From a phage, in sequence record NC_135728.1: a DNA stretch of 64,000 bases; one strand, given 5' to 3'. A program made the position numbers and the translations under genes. How positions within the stretch are numbered: the first letter of the stretch is position 1; the number at the start of each line of letters is the position of its first letter. Below are positions 9,232 to 19,424 of the stretch, piece by piece. The notes under the pieces were generated by a model. The model made no database searches. It was not told the DNA's origin and was given only the letters and a program-made list of their open reading frames with translations.

Positions 9232-9495
9232 ATGGCAACAGAGTTAAAATTTGCATCAAACCGTAAAACTAAGAAGTATCTGTCCTCAGTAGCTCCAGGC
9301 ACTGTGGTGATGTTTGTTGATGAACTTGGGGATGTGAATACAGCACTTGTTGTAAAATCACATCCTGCAAACATATATGTTGGGGTATTTGACCTGTTCA
9401 GAAAGGTGTTTGTAGAACTACCTCACAGTTTGGTTGTTACAGAAATGGATGCCTGCATAGAAATTCTTGGCGAAGTTATGGTGGAGGAACAATAA
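9232..9495 (+). CDS. small paralogous protein 1 of 4 (87 aa)
   Basis: Strong RBS GAGAGGAGG; shares G-T-V-V and V-x-E-x-D-x-x-I-x-I-L-G-E pattern with the next ORFs. Confidence 0.55.
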   Translation: MATELKFASNRKTKKYLSSVAPGTVVMFVDELGDVNTALVVKSHPANIYVGVFDLFRKVFVELPHSLVVTEMDACIEILGEVMVEEQ

Positions 9496-9758
9496 TGGCT
9501 ACCAGCATTGTATTCAATTCTAAGGTGAAGAACAAAAAGCGTGCAGACAGCTTTCCGTGTGGGACCGTGGTAAGTTGCGACGGAGACGGCATTCAAAACA
9601 TAGTTATGATTGTCAAAACAGGAGAACATTGTGTGTGGGGGTTCGATTTAGAAAATAATGAGTTGTACGATCTGCCACCAAACATGAAAGTTACAGAGCT
9701 TGACACCAAAATTACCATCCTTGGAGAGACAAGCTATTCAAAAGAAGGAGGAGAATAA
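9495..9758 (+). CDS. small paralogous protein 2 of 4 (87 aa)
   Basis: Same length and motif pattern as 9232-9495; ATGA-type coupling. Confidence 0.55.
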   Translation: MATSIVFNSKVKNKKRADSFPCGTVVSCDGDGIQNIVMIVKTGEHCVWGFDLENNELYDLPPNMKVTELDTKITILGETSYSKEGGE

Positions 9759-10021
9759 TGACCACAAAAATCACTATCGCAGAACCGAAAGCTAACACTC
9801 AACCTATCGAAAAGTTTAAGTGCGGTGAGGTGGTAACATTCACACCAGATAATGAAGATGCTAAGATTTTCGCAATGGTCACAGCTGAGTGGATGTGTGA
9901 CAACACCACACAGGTTCTGCGTTTTGACACCTATCTTACCGATGAAATCAGGAACGACAAGATTGTGACTGGTGTGGATACTGAGATTGTTTTCTACAAG
10001 AGCTTTTTAGAGGGTTTCTGA
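9758..10021 (+). CDS. small paralogous protein 3 of 4 (87 aa)
   Basis: Same length and related pattern (CGEVVTF...). Confidence 0.5.
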   Translation: MTTKITIAEPKANTQPIEKFKCGEVVTFTPDNEDAKIFAMVTAEWMCDNTTQVLRFDTYLTDEIRNDKIVTGVDTEIVFYKSFLEGF

Positions 10022-10022
10022 T

Positions 10023-10256
10023 ATGGCAAAAATTCGTAAATTATCTAGCAATCAGGTTGTGAAAGACTTTGAATCTGGAGAGATTCTTTATGTTCGTGAT
10101 GCAGATGACGAAGGTGAAGATCTCGTTATGTTGGTGGGGCACGCTGAGGACGGATGCATCCAAGCTGTTTTTCTTGAAACAGCTATGGTGCACTGGATAG
10201 AGCTGGACCTGAAAGCACGAAAACCTAAAGCAGAAATCCTGATTTACGAAGATTAA
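10023..10256 (+). CDS. small paralogous protein 4 of 4 (77 aa, more diverged)
   Basis: Related pattern (GEILYV ... LVMLVG). Confidence 0.45.
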   Translation: MAKIRKLSSNQVVKDFESGEILYVRDADDEGEDLVMLVGHAEDGCIQAVFLETAMVHWIELDLKARKPKAEILIYED

Positions 10257-10271
10257 TAAAAGGAGAGAGCC

Positions 10272-10721
10272 GTGTTGAGCAAACGTGAATGCGACAGCAT
10301 TAGCCTGAATTCTTATAAGAAACAATGGTTTGGGGTGGAAGTTTGCCGACTGCGGCTAGGCTCCTACCTGAACTTCGTTTATTATGAGAGCGATAGTCGT
10401 ATCGTTTCTTATGAAGTGTTCTACACTAAGAACACCTTCGAACTGCGCCGTAAAGTGGAGGGTGGGAGAACTACCCCCCAGAATAATTGGGAAACTATCC
10501 TACCTACAGATGTTATAGGAAGTCCTCTGAATGTATCTGAAGATGAAAATCTTATGGTTCATGCTATGATGGGGCTTGACAGCTTAGAGCTGGCGATCTA
10601 TGATATGTCCATCGAAGCAGTTAAGCTGGACTACATCGAAAACACTTTAGAGGAAGGTATCAAGAAGTTTCTCAGTGAGAAATTAAAAGACCACTTTCAT
10701 AAGGAGCTATATCTGTTATGA
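10272..10721 (+). CDS. hypothetical protein (149 aa)
   Basis: GTG start preceded by AGGAGAGAG. Confidence 0.5.
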   Translation: MLSKRECDSISLNSYKKQWFGVEVCRLRLGSYLNFVYYESDSRIVSYEVFYTKNTFELRRKVEGGRTTPQNNWETILPTDVIGSPLNVSEDENLMVHAMMGLDSLELAIYDMSIEAVKLDYIENTLEEGIKKFLSEKLKDHFHKELYLL

Positions 10722-10963
10722 AGACCCGTAAAGAACGTAACAAAATTTTACCTGGAGCTCTCGAACACCTGATGAAGTGCAGATCTATTTGGCACTCTGC
10801 CAAGGAAGGGCAGAAGGTGGTTGTGGTTAGTGACAATACCAACCCGTTTGGAGATTATACCACCATGATGGCCCCATATGTCCGTGATGGCGTTGTAGAA
10901 GTGGTCCCTTACAACGGTCTGCATGAACGGCACTTTGAAAGCACTTTGTTAGTGGAGCTATAG
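10718..10963 (+). CDS. hypothetical protein (81 aa)
   Basis: ORF overlapping the upstream stop. Confidence 0.45.
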   Translation: MKTRKERNKILPGALEHLMKCRSIWHSAKEGQKVVVVSDNTNPFGDYTTMMAPYVRDGVVEVVPYNGLHERHFESTLLVEL

Positions 10964-10965
10964 TC

Positions 10966-11532
10966 ATGGCGGTCAATGTGGCTTACAACACAGGAAAGCT
11001 TGACAGAGACATTGGGTGTCTTGTCCTTTCAGATACAGAAGAGTATTGGGGTTATGGGTTGCTGTCAGACCCACACCCGAGCAACCTTGTATCAACAGTG
11101 CTATACCGCTACGACCCTGTGCCAACGGTACACGACAAAGACATTCACGACCTTCGGATCAAGTGTCTGGAAGATCTGCTGAACAATGGTTGCAACGATC
11201 TGCGGGTAGCCAAAGAGAAGCTTACAAACATTCACAAAGAGGAAGTGATGAGCACTCTCAGTAAGAGATCAGTGCACAAAAAGATGATGCTGAACTTTGC
11301 AATGGGTATCTACATGGATGGGTATAAGGGAGGTGATCCGATTCTCAAGCTTCGCTGCCCAACACTGTGGGAAAGGGTGGTTGACAGTAAGGACGGCACT
11401 GCCCTGCTTGAGCTTCACACTGCAGGTTGGATATGGCGGTATGTTGATGGATACCCTCTATGGGCATGTGGGCCTGGGGAATTTGTTGACAGGCCTAGTG
11501 CGGTGGTGGACTTGCTATTGCAGTTTGAATAA
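10966..11532 (+). CDS. hypothetical protein (188 aa)
   Basis: ORF in same-strand array. Confidence 0.5.
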   Translation: MAVNVAYNTGKLDRDIGCLVLSDTEEYWGYGLLSDPHPSNLVSTVLYRYDPVPTVHDKDIHDLRIKCLEDLLNNGCNDLRVAKEKLTNIHKEEVMSTLSKRSVHKKMMLNFAMGIYMDGYKGGDPILKLRCPTLWERVVDSKDGTALLELHTAGWIWRYVDGYPLWACGPGEFVDRPSAVVDLLLQFE

Positions 11533-11587
11533 AAGTGAGATATAAGGTGTTCATGCACCTACTAACAATACAACAAGAGAGACTGAG

Positions 11588-11863
11588 ATGACGAAAGAAG
11601 AAGCTGACGTATTAGACTTTGCACTGGAGGCTACGCAAGAGGCTCTGGTGTTAGCTTGGAAAATGAACCAGCGTGCTGCAGAATGCAACCGCCGAATCAA
11701 TGAGATCCTGGGCATGTCTATGTATGATTTCACCATGCATGCCGGAGAGATTCCTGAATTAACTGCTGAGATGAATGATCTTGACGATAAAATTAATATC
11801 ATTCTGAAGACAGCAGAAACAACTCACCAAACCGCCCGTAAATTTATCAACGAGAAGGTGTGA
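11588..11863 (+). CDS. hypothetical protein (91 aa)
   Basis: ORF in same-strand array. Confidence 0.45.
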   Translation: MTKEEADVLDFALEATQEALVLAWKMNQRAAECNRRINEILGMSMYDFTMHAGEIPELTAEMNDLDDKINIILKTAETTHQTARKFINEKV

Positions 11864-12339
11864 ATATGGACTACAGCTACTGCGGGGAAGAGGTTCCTTT
11901 TAACTACAGCAATCTTACCACAAGCAATCCATATGAGACACGCCACGGAACACACATCATTGCCATTGACTTTGATGGAACATTTAATGCGAGTCCTTTC
12001 ATCTTCTCCCGCCTGATTAGGGACTTGAAAAAGGAAGGGTGGACAGTCTACCTTGTGACTTTCCGATTCATCACTCAAGACAACGTAGACATTGAGTATT
12101 GGCGCAAGGAGCTCGATGTTGGTGTGTTTTATACTGGCGGTGTTCAGAAGGCAGCCTACCTGGCGCAGTTTGATATCTACCCAGATATCTGGATTGATGA
12201 TTCTCCGGCATGTATTCCGGCTAAAAATCAGTTAGAGTTTGCAATGAAGGAGATTGAGTACAAGTCTGAGGCTAAGCGGAACGGATGGCCTTTTATTATT
12301 GAAGATTACCCAGATCCTGAACCGGAGAAAGAGCCATGA
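11860..12339 (+). CDS. HAD-superfamily phosphatase-like protein (159 aa)
   Basis: HAD motif I IAIDFDGT and C-terminal IWIDDS motif. Confidence 0.5.
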   Translation: MNMDYSYCGEEVPFNYSNLTTSNPYETRHGTHIIAIDFDGTFNASPFIFSRLIRDLKKEGWTVYLVTFRFITQDNVDIEYWRKELDVGVFYTGGVQKAAYLAQFDIYPDIWIDDSPACIPAKNQLEFAMKEIEYKSEAKRNGWPFIIEDYPDPEPEKEP

Positions 12340-12506
12340 GGCGAAGATATCATTACCTGATGTGGAAGTTATATCATGGTGCTGCTAAAGCTTACCGCAC
12401 CGTGTTTGGTAATGACAATCACTGCATTATGTTACACCTTACCGCCATTGAACATCACAATGAGTGGATTCGTGCAATCGTAATAGGTGACAAAGATTTT
12501 AAGTAA
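12336..12506 (+). CDS. small hypothetical protein (56 aa), absent from the ORF track
   Basis: ATG overlaps the upstream TGA (ATGA); fills an otherwise empty gap. Confidence 0.35.
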   Translation: MRRRYHYLMWKLYHGAAKAYRTVFGNDNHCIMLHLTAIEHHNEWIRAIVIGDKDFK

Positions 12507-12536
12507 AGTATTGCTTTCTAGATGGAGACTGATTAA

Positions 12537-12917
12537 ATGTGCAAGTGTAAATCCTATAATTGGAAAGTGAAAGGTGCCAAGCATCAAAATGTTATCGTTG
12601 ATGTGCCTAAAAAGCTCCGTGACGGCAAAAAACGTGTGTGCCTTGATAAGTGTATGGCTAAGCCTATCATGAGTCTATGGGCGGCAGGATTGAAAACTCT
12701 AAACTGCTGCTGTGGTCATAACAAAGATGTTCCAAGTATCATTATCCCAGAGGATGCAGACCCTAAAGCTTATGCCAAAATACTGACTCGCTACCCCAGC
12801 ACCTTTCTGATCGGAAAATGGTGTCACGATGAACTTCAATGGTGGGTAGCATACGGTAGTATAGGTACTGCTTTTGGCTTCCCAGCTTTGTCAGAGCGCT
12901 ACGTCAAAGTGTCATAA
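12537..12917 (+). CDS. Cys-rich hypothetical protein (126 aa)
   Basis: ORF with several Cys clusters (CKCKS, CLDKC, NCCCGH). Confidence 0.5.
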   Translation: MCKCKSYNWKVKGAKHQNVIVDVPKKLRDGKKRVCLDKCMAKPIMSLWAAGLKTLNCCCGHNKDVPSIIIPEDADPKAYAKILTRYPSTFLIGKWCHDELQWWVAYGSIGTAFGFPALSERYVKVS

Positions 12918-13021
12918 CCTATTTTAAGGCCTCAAACGAGGCCTGTGCCTTCATAAATTGCCCTACCCTGTGAGATTACCCTCCTGAATAAAATACCCTC
13001 TCAAATTGCTTAAAATTAAGC

Positions 13022-13050
13022 TTGACATCAACACCAGATTTATATATGAT
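13022..13050 (+). promoter_or_regulatory. sigma70-like promoter (TTGACA-17-TATGAT)
   Basis: Consensus -35, 17-bp spacer and near-consensus -10, 30 nt upstream of the ATG at 13081. Confidence 0.5.
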
Positions 13051-13080
13051 TATCTCATCAACCAAGCAGAGGAGATTGTC

Positions 13081-13488
13081 ATGGATAATCTTGCAAGTGT
13101 GAACGTCGAAATTGTTAAACTAAAGTTCTTGGGCTTTCGAGACCCGAATTCTTTAACAGCTATACTGATGGATACCCACTTCACACCTGGGAAAGAGTAC
13201 ACCGCCTTCCGTTATATTTGTGGAGACCACGAATCAGCCTATAGTGTGAATACAAATCTTGGCGAGGGATATTTCATCAAAGATATTACAGACCACCTGT
13301 GGGGTATATGGGAGCTGGTGGAAGAAGAGAATAAATCCCTTCCTAAAGAGATTTGGGTGCACACCTTCCACACAGGCAAGTTTGGAGGTACGGAACATAA
13401 GTCTATCCACTATGATGAAGAGAGTGCCATCAAGCAACAAGCTGTGCTTGGTGGATCTGTAGAAAAATTTGTTAAATGCGAGGACTGA
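13081..13488 (+). CDS. hypothetical protein (135 aa)
   Basis: First ATG (MDNLASVN) after the promoter, with GAGGAG RBS; the track start at 13006 lies upstream of the promoter. Confidence 0.5.
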   Translation: MDNLASVNVEIVKLKFLGFRDPNSLTAILMDTHFTPGKEYTAFRYICGDHESAYSVNTNLGEGYFIKDITDHLWGIWELVEEENKSLPKEIWVHTFHTGKFGGTEHKSIHYDEESAIKQQAVLGGSVEKFVKCED

Positions 13489-13491
13489 GAA

Positions 13492-13692
13492 ATGGCTGAT
13501 TTTTGTAAAGATTGCTCTGAAGAGTTGTTTGGCTTTGACTGCAAAGATTTGGAAGGTCTGATCACTGAGGATCAGTGGAAGGAAGGCTATGCAGCACCTG
13601 TTATTTGTGAAGGTTGTGGCTATACCTATGTTGACCATAAAGGTAAGCGCGTCAAGCCGTCTGAAGATGGGGCATGTTGGGAGTATTACTAA
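13492..13692 (+). CDS. small Cys-rich zinc-ribbon-like protein (66 aa)
   Basis: CxxC ... CxxC pairs (CKDC, CEGC). Confidence 0.45.
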   Translation: MADFCKDCSEELFGFDCKDLEGLITEDQWKEGYAAPVICEGCGYTYVDHKGKRVKPSEDGACWEYY

Positions 13693-13704
13693 TTATAAAA
13701 AGAA

Positions 13705-13730
13705 AGGGGCCGTTTGGCCCCTTTTTATTT
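13705..13730. terminator. bidirectional intrinsic terminator between convergent blocks
   Basis: AGGGGCC-GTTT-GGCCCCT hairpin flanked by T-runs on both strands. Confidence 0.65.
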
Positions 13731-13739
13731 ACCCCCTTG

Positions 13740-16700
13740 CTAACGAGAAAAGGTTGCGTAGGCTTCTAGACGATACTGCTGGTCACCAGGGAACATAACA
13801 CCTATAGAGGCTGTCCCTAGAATCCTGCCTTCCTTTCCAGACTCCATTCTGAACCCTACCCATCCTGAACTTCTTGCAGCATCGATGTTGTCGCTATACC
13901 CGAAAGTGGCAAGATCGTCAACACCAGCCCCAAACAGCAACTGAAGCTGACTTCTCGGAAGCCCTATAATTTCAGGAATATACGCACCAAAGTACACCAT
14001 CTGTCCTACCTTAGGACCGCTGCCGTACTCCATCGGTTTGCTTGTAGAGAAAGTCTTCATACCAGAAGTACCTGCCGGATTAGGGTATGCCCCGTTTGTT
14101 GCTGTACCTATCCACATTCTCCACTGTGGTGCCATCTGTCTGACAGTAAACGATGTTGAAGACGTTTTGCGGCCTGCATCATCTGTAACTACAAACTTTA
14201 TGGTGACATTCCCAGTAGCTTTAAATGTTACCAGCCCTGTGGTGGCATCCACTGTCGCAATGTTGGTATTACTACTTTCCCAAGTCTTTCTAATCCCGGA
14301 TACGTTGGAAGGGGTAATAGAAGGTTCCTGCATCTGCAACTTACCACCCACAATCCCTATGCCGTTACCTGGATTATACAACACACCAACCTCGTCTATA
14401 ATGTTTCCTGCTTTGAGACTATACTTCCTTGAGAAGTTGTAAGTTCCGTTATAAGTGTGTGTCCCTGAGAAGGTGACATCTGCTTTTCCGTAAGAGATGC
14501 AAACCAAAGCATACTTCCTGTCAGGCAACGTTGCTCCCGTCTCTGGGTGGGTTTTACCAACCTGGAACACGCTGGGGTCAGTAGAATCGTGGCTATCGCT
14601 GACAGAGCTTGGACCACCCATCAACTGAGGTAAGCAATTCCTTACCCACGTCCAGTTATTATCGCTAGAAAAGTCAACAGCCAGATCAAATACAACCCAC
14701 TCATTTGGCTTCCATACTGGTGTTGCAATAGATTTACCTACGCCACCTCCTTGGAGTGTTGCCGACTGTTCAGTGATCAGGGCCGCATAGGCTAGAGTTC
14801 CTAAACTCAGAGTCTGGCTTGCTGTCCTCACTACCTTAGAATCAGCATCTGTGAAGTTGTTGATGATCTGGAATGTGCCATAAGTGTTTTTACAGGTAAT
14901 TCTGGCGTTCAGCGTGTCAATCTTCCTCACATCTGCCATAGCAGTGTTAGACACAGAGAAGTCAGAAGCTTTAGCTGAGTTTGCCGCAACAGCAGGATCA
15001 ACGTTAAGAGTTGCGTTGAACTGGCAGGCAGGGGTAACCAGCAGCTTGTTATCACCTATTTGCTTCCATGAAACACTTTGAACAGGGAGATTCCATTTAA
15101 TACCTGAGAAAACCTTAGCAACCCTTGGCCCCAAAGCTCCAGTCCTGTTGTCTTTACAGCACATAGACATGGTGATCGTTGACGGAGTGGCCTGACCAAA
15201 TAATTGCTGTGCTTTTGCAGAGGACATAGTGTAGAAATTGTCCTTAACAAACTCATCAGCAGCTAAAGACCCATCAGCTCTCCACCACTGAACCTGATAC
15301 CCTGTTTTGTCCCAACCACCGACCTGCTTCAAGTCCTCCCAGGAGATTTCCAGATCCCCAGTGGTAGGGTTGATTGCAGCAGTTCCCGGTGTTCCAGAGG
15401 ACCATAATGGGATATCGAACCACGCTGGTTTAACAGATTGTACTGCGTTCGGCCCTATTGCAGCAGCAAGTTGCTGACCCATCAACACACGAGCATCTTT
15501 TACCAAGCCCCATTCAATCATGGACCCGGAGTAGCCTTCTTTCTTATAGGCCGAAGATCCGTTCAAATGGATAAGCCTGCTGCAGTCGAAACCATACGCC
15601 CCGCCACCGTTAGGATCTGCAAAGTTAGTTATGATTCTATCCCTTATATTTTTCCATGCCCTGCCTCCAATCTCATAGTCATGGTCATAACATCTCTGCA
15701 GCGTTGTCCAGCAAATGATTGCCATTCTTCTGCCACCAGTAAACCCGAAAGCGCCGTCATTCAACTCTTTCCACAGATAGCAGTTAGTTGCCCACATAGC
15801 TCTGTGGATATTGAACCAGTTTATAGACTTAGCAGAATTGTCCCACTGAGTTCCCGGTAATTCAGGCCACACCGCATTCACCAGCATATCCTCTGTGCCA
15901 GCATCGACCAAGAAGCCTCTTACCTTCCTACCCATCCCTTCTCTGTCTTTAGCAATCCAATTGCCAAACAGCCTCAGTTTTGGACCATAAACAACATCTT
16001 CAGGGTGCTCAAAAGAGACATACTTCAAGTATACCGTAGGATCACCGTAGGTGCCATCACAAACACTTTTATGCATGTTCTCACCCAGGTCTAGACGAAG
16101 TCCTGTCACCACTTTAGATGTGTCGGTGAATTTGTCTGTTAAATCAAATTCATACCACCACCATTCGCCACCAAGCATAAATTTCTTGCACCGCGCAGTG
16201 TCTGTATCTGATATTCTCTTATCTCCTGCAAAAGGTGAATCAGCAAACTGATAGTGCAGAGCAGTCTCAAATAGATGTGTTGAGGTTCCGTTTTCTGCAA
16301 GAACTTGCTTACCTATTAAGTCACACTTAATGATCATCACAACACGCTTGTAGCCGTTTGTTATCGGAACCTGCATAGATATGGATGTTCCGTCCATGTT
16401 CGATCTTAGTGCGGTCATGATGATGTAAGGATCAACAGCATTACCCAAAGTTTCAGGTCCTGGAATTATCTTGTATTTCTTGACCTGGCCCATAAATCTG
16501 TCACTGGCGTAAGTTGCAGCCTCAAAACAAGAGCCACCACCAGGTAATTCTCCAGGTCCCCAGAAAAATGCCCCATAGCAGTTATAGAACCACTTATTAG
16601 GGTCGTATTTGTTCTTGAAGGTCTGGACCTCGTTGGCCTGTTTTGTCAAGAAAACCTGCGTGTCTGTGAAGATTGCAGGGTTTACTCTCGCCTGTCTTGG

Positions 16701-19376
16701 AGGGTAACCTGTAGTTTGGTTAAACCACAAATTACAAGAGTAATCCCTCATATAGTCATAATCAGAGTATTTGTTTACATCTTCGTTCCAACACATGTTT
16801 AGGTTGGTACCGCCCATGCATACAATATATTCTGCGACATACTTATCACTTCTGGTAGGAATACCTATGAACCATCTGTTAACAGGCTCATCCCAAGCTG
16901 TGCGCTCATCTTTAACGCAGATAGCAATCCAGTCATGTGTTCCTGTTTTCTTGCACACATCTCGCTTCATACCATAGTAGAACTCTTTAGTATTCGGCTC
17001 AGGTGCATTTATCAGGTAACTCCATGCCTGATTTGCATAAGTTCCATTGGTGCGTGGATCATGATCAAAGGCATACATGATGATCCTTTCCCCACCAAGA
17101 TGTTCGCCAAGAGTAACTTTGACATTCACATCGCCGTAACCATTGCGAACAACATCCATATTATCAATAGAGATACCTCTGGGCGTGTAGGCAATTTTCA
17201 GCGAGTTATCTTCACTAGTGCCGCCAAGTGTAATCCCTATGTTGTTTGTTGTCCCGTCGACATATCTTACTGTAGCTTCCCAGCGTATTCCGAAATACCC
17301 TGCATCATGGCTGACAATTTTCAGTGTACGAGCTCCTGGGTGAGGTTTTCCAGGATCAGGCCAAGGGTCTGGGTGTTCGTGAACAGTCAACGACGTTCCG
17401 TTCTGCTCATTAACCTGCAACATTTTACCACCCTTGCCATTAGGATTGAACTCCCACAAGGCTTGTGTTTTCACAATATTGTCATACGTGGCGCGTCTTT
17501 GATCGTAGATCTCTTGGGTCACATCATAAGTGACTGATCCAGCATCCATTCTGTGGAGTCTGACCATATACGATGTATCCCCTTCTACTGCAGGCTGGGT
17601 CCCATTCAGCCCAAAGTATACAGTATCATTAACATGGAACTGTTTGTTTCTACCGACAGTATGCCATTTACCATCAGACGGGTACGCAGGAACTATGGTG
17701 TTCCAGTTCAAAGTCCTTGTCGTATGGGTTCTGCCTGTGCCATGCTTGTCATGATAGGTTATTTTTACAGAGTACAGGCCACGTCTGTTAACATTTCTGT
17801 TATACTGGGTAACAACAACTTCGTTGGCCCCGCCGTGGTTCCAGTTGGTGGAGAATTGGTAATTTGCATCTGTAACAACCGTACCTGCAGCATTCACCAG
17901 TTCAATCTTGTCAATGATGAACGTAGCTCCCTCTGGCTGAGGCTTCAATTTCATCTTGACCGTGTCACCAATGTAGATATTGCTAACACTGCTAACACCA
18001 TTAACGTCGAAAATATCATCAACGCCCCAACTGTCTACTGGGACATTTTTATACCAATTCTCAGGAACCTCTGTGAACCCCTGACTATTAAGTCTGCCGC
18101 CAAACAGGTTATTAGAGCCTGTAAAACTTCCCCTCGGGATACCTGACCACCAAAGTTTACCATTAACAACAGTAAAGGTCCCTAAGAAACCTTCTCTGTG
18201 GATGCCTTGGAAATAAACACTCTCTGTCCAGCTGACTGGCAGGCGTTGCTCAACATATTTAGCTGTAGCAAGAGCTTGATAGTGGATAAAATCGGCCCTA
18301 GGACTATTGTTTGCAGATTGTGCACCAATATCATTACATAAGTTGCGAGAGAACCCACGATACTGCTTAGTGCCATTATTGAAGAAAATGCCACTTGTGC
18401 CGTACCCACGAGCCATCATTACCTCATGGGTGTAGGTGATATTCAGTTCCCGCCATGTATCATCTCCCCAAATGTTTTGACCATAAAATACGTTAACAAG
18501 CTGCTGGTCATCGGGTCTATGCATCCTCTGTGTAGCAATTACTGCCCCGTTAGGACCACACATAAACCCTTTCCACTCCTCATCTGCAGGAATGCCCCTC
18601 AAATCGTTACGAGTAATCTGCACAGGAGGCCAAACAAGGTCGTTTCTACTGTTATTTCTCAGAAAGTCGTAACCTGCAATCCAGAATCCGTTAGGACCAC
18701 CAAAAATAACCGAGTTGTCATGAACTTCACAATTAATTCTTGGATTTTTCCAAGGACCTGTCTCTGGACTTTCAGATGTTTCACCGATCTTAACTGGAGT
18801 AGCGTGTTGACTTTTGTCAACATGAAGAGAGCCGTAAGTATTATTGCCAGAGCCGTACAGGTGAAGCATACCATCAGCCTCTGGTGCAGCAATTACCCAC
18901 ACGGTATTGTTTACGCCACCCATCACTTCAACAAGTCTCTCAGGATGGGTGTCCAAATGCAACCCTGTTACGATCTGTTCCGGCAAAGGTGTCCACTCTC
19001 TGACACAAACATCGTTTCCACCTGCTGCCTCCGATCCGATAAGACCAGCTGTGCAACCAATATAGAAAAATTTATTATCGAATGTGCGGATTACAAATGC
19101 ACGGTCAGCTCTCCAAACATGGTCTACGTTCCAAGCTGCCTCATTAGGATAGTTTATTGTATCAAGATCTCCAGTCCGACACTCTCCGAACCTATTATAG
19201 CCAGTAATATTAAGCTGACCATCATCAAAAAGTATAGCTAAGCTATTTACATAGGATACTGTGTTGCTTGTACCATCACTGTTGTCTATTGGGTATGACA
19301 GAACAGCAAGTTCCTTAATTCCACCCCTCTTATCGAGGAAATGACGACCAAGTTTTAGCAAAGGGATTGGAAGCAT
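13740..19376 (-). CDS. giant virion-associated protein (1878 aa) with C-terminal Big_2-like Ig domain
   Basis: Uninterrupted ORF; C-terminal segment TGLVTFKATGNVTIKFVVTDDAGRKTSS resembles bacterial Ig-like group 2 domains; last gene of the structural block. Confidence 0.6.
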   Translation of the reverse strand: MLPIPLLKLGRHFLDKRGGIKELAVLSYPIDNSDGTSNTVSYVNSLAILFDDGQLNITGYNRFGECRTGDLDTINYPNEAAWNVDHVWRADRAFVIRTFDNKFFYIGCTAGLIGSEAAGGNDVCVREWTPLPEQIVTGLHLDTHPERLVEVMGGVNNTVWVIAAPEADGMLHLYGSGNNTYGSLHVDKSQHATPVKIGETSESPETGPWKNPRINCEVHDNSVIFGGPNGFWIAGYDFLRNNSRNDLVWPPVQITRNDLRGIPADEEWKGFMCGPNGAVIATQRMHRPDDQQLVNVFYGQNIWGDDTWRELNITYTHEVMMARGYGTSGIFFNNGTKQYRGFSRNLCNDIGAQSANNSPRADFIHYQALATAKYVEQRLPVSWTESVYFQGIHREGFLGTFTVVNGKLWWSGIPRGSFTGSNNLFGGRLNSQGFTEVPENWYKNVPVDSWGVDDIFDVNGVSSVSNIYIGDTVKMKLKPQPEGATFIIDKIELVNAAGTVVTDANYQFSTNWNHGGANEVVVTQYNRNVNRRGLYSVKITYHDKHGTGRTHTTRTLNWNTIVPAYPSDGKWHTVGRNKQFHVNDTVYFGLNGTQPAVEGDTSYMVRLHRMDAGSVTYDVTQEIYDQRRATYDNIVKTQALWEFNPNGKGGKMLQVNEQNGTSLTVHEHPDPWPDPGKPHPGARTLKIVSHDAGYFGIRWEATVRYVDGTTNNIGITLGGTSEDNSLKIAYTPRGISIDNMDVVRNGYGDVNVKVTLGEHLGGERIIMYAFDHDPRTNGTYANQAWSYLINAPEPNTKEFYYGMKRDVCKKTGTHDWIAICVKDERTAWDEPVNRWFIGIPTRSDKYVAEYIVCMGGTNLNMCWNEDVNKYSDYDYMRDYSCNLWFNQTTGYPPRQARVNPAIFTDTQVFLTKQANEVQTFKNKYDPNKWFYNCYGAFFWGPGELPGGGSCFEAATYASDRFMGQVKKYKIIPGPETLGNAVDPYIIMTALRSNMDGTSISMQVPITNGYKRVVMIIKCDLIGKQVLAENGTSTHLFETALHYQFADSPFAGDKRISDTDTARCKKFMLGGEWWWYEFDLTDKFTDTSKVVTGLRLDLGENMHKSVCDGTYGDPTVYLKYVSFEHPEDVVYGPKLRLFGNWIAKDREGMGRKVRGFLVDAGTEDMLVNAVWPELPGTQWDNSAKSINWFNIHRAMWATNCYLWKELNDGAFGFTGGRRMAIICWTTLQRCYDHDYEIGGRAWKNIRDRIITNFADPNGGGAYGFDCSRLIHLNGSSAYKKEGYSGSMIEWGLVKDARVLMGQQLAAAIGPNAVQSVKPAWFDIPLWSSGTPGTAAINPTTGDLEISWEDLKQVGGWDKTGYQVQWWRADGSLAADEFVKDNFYTMSSAKAQQLFGQATPSTITMSMCCKDNRTGALGPRVAKVFSGIKWNLPVQSVSWKQIGDNKLLVTPACQFNATLNVDPAVAANSAKASDFSVSNTAMADVRKIDTLNARITCKNTYGTFQIINNFTDADSKVVRTASQTLSLGTLAYAALITEQSATLQGGGVGKSIATPVWKPNEWVVFDLAVDFSSDNNWTWVRNCLPQLMGGPSSVSDSHDSTDPSVFQVGKTHPETGATLPDRKYALVCISYGKADVTFSGTHTYNGTYNFSRKYSLKAGNIIDEVGVLYNPGNGIGIVGGKLQMQEPSITPSNVSGIRKTWESSNTNIATVDATTGLVTFKATGNVTIKFVVTDDAGRKTSSTSFTVRQMAPQWRMWIGTATNGAYPNPAGTSGMKTFSTSKPMEYGSGPKVGQMVYFGAYIPEIIGLPRSQLQLLFGAGVDDLATFGYSDNIDAARSSGWVGFRMESGKEGRILGTASIGVMFPGDQQYRLEAYATFSR

Positions 19377-19424
19377 TGTGTTCTCCAGATAAGAAAACCG
19401 CCCCGTCAGGAGCGGTTAGATATA

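Noticed and set aside
9232-10256. CRISPR-like array suspected from four regularly spaced ~264-bp units
   Set aside because: The periodicity comes from four protein-coding paralogues, not short direct repeats with spacers; no CRISPR repeats or cas genes are present.
12927-12944. Hairpin GGCCUC-AAAC-GAGGCC after the 12537-12917 gene as an intrinsic terminator
   Set aside because: The stem is short and not followed by a U-run; at most a weak pause site or RNA stability element.
13740-19376. Multiple plus-strand ORFs (e.g. 16935-17537, 17553-18146, 18426-19241) inside the 1878-aa gene
   Set aside because: All are antisense to a continuous long ORF with a coherent protein sequence, and none has its own start context; judged to be antisense artefacts.
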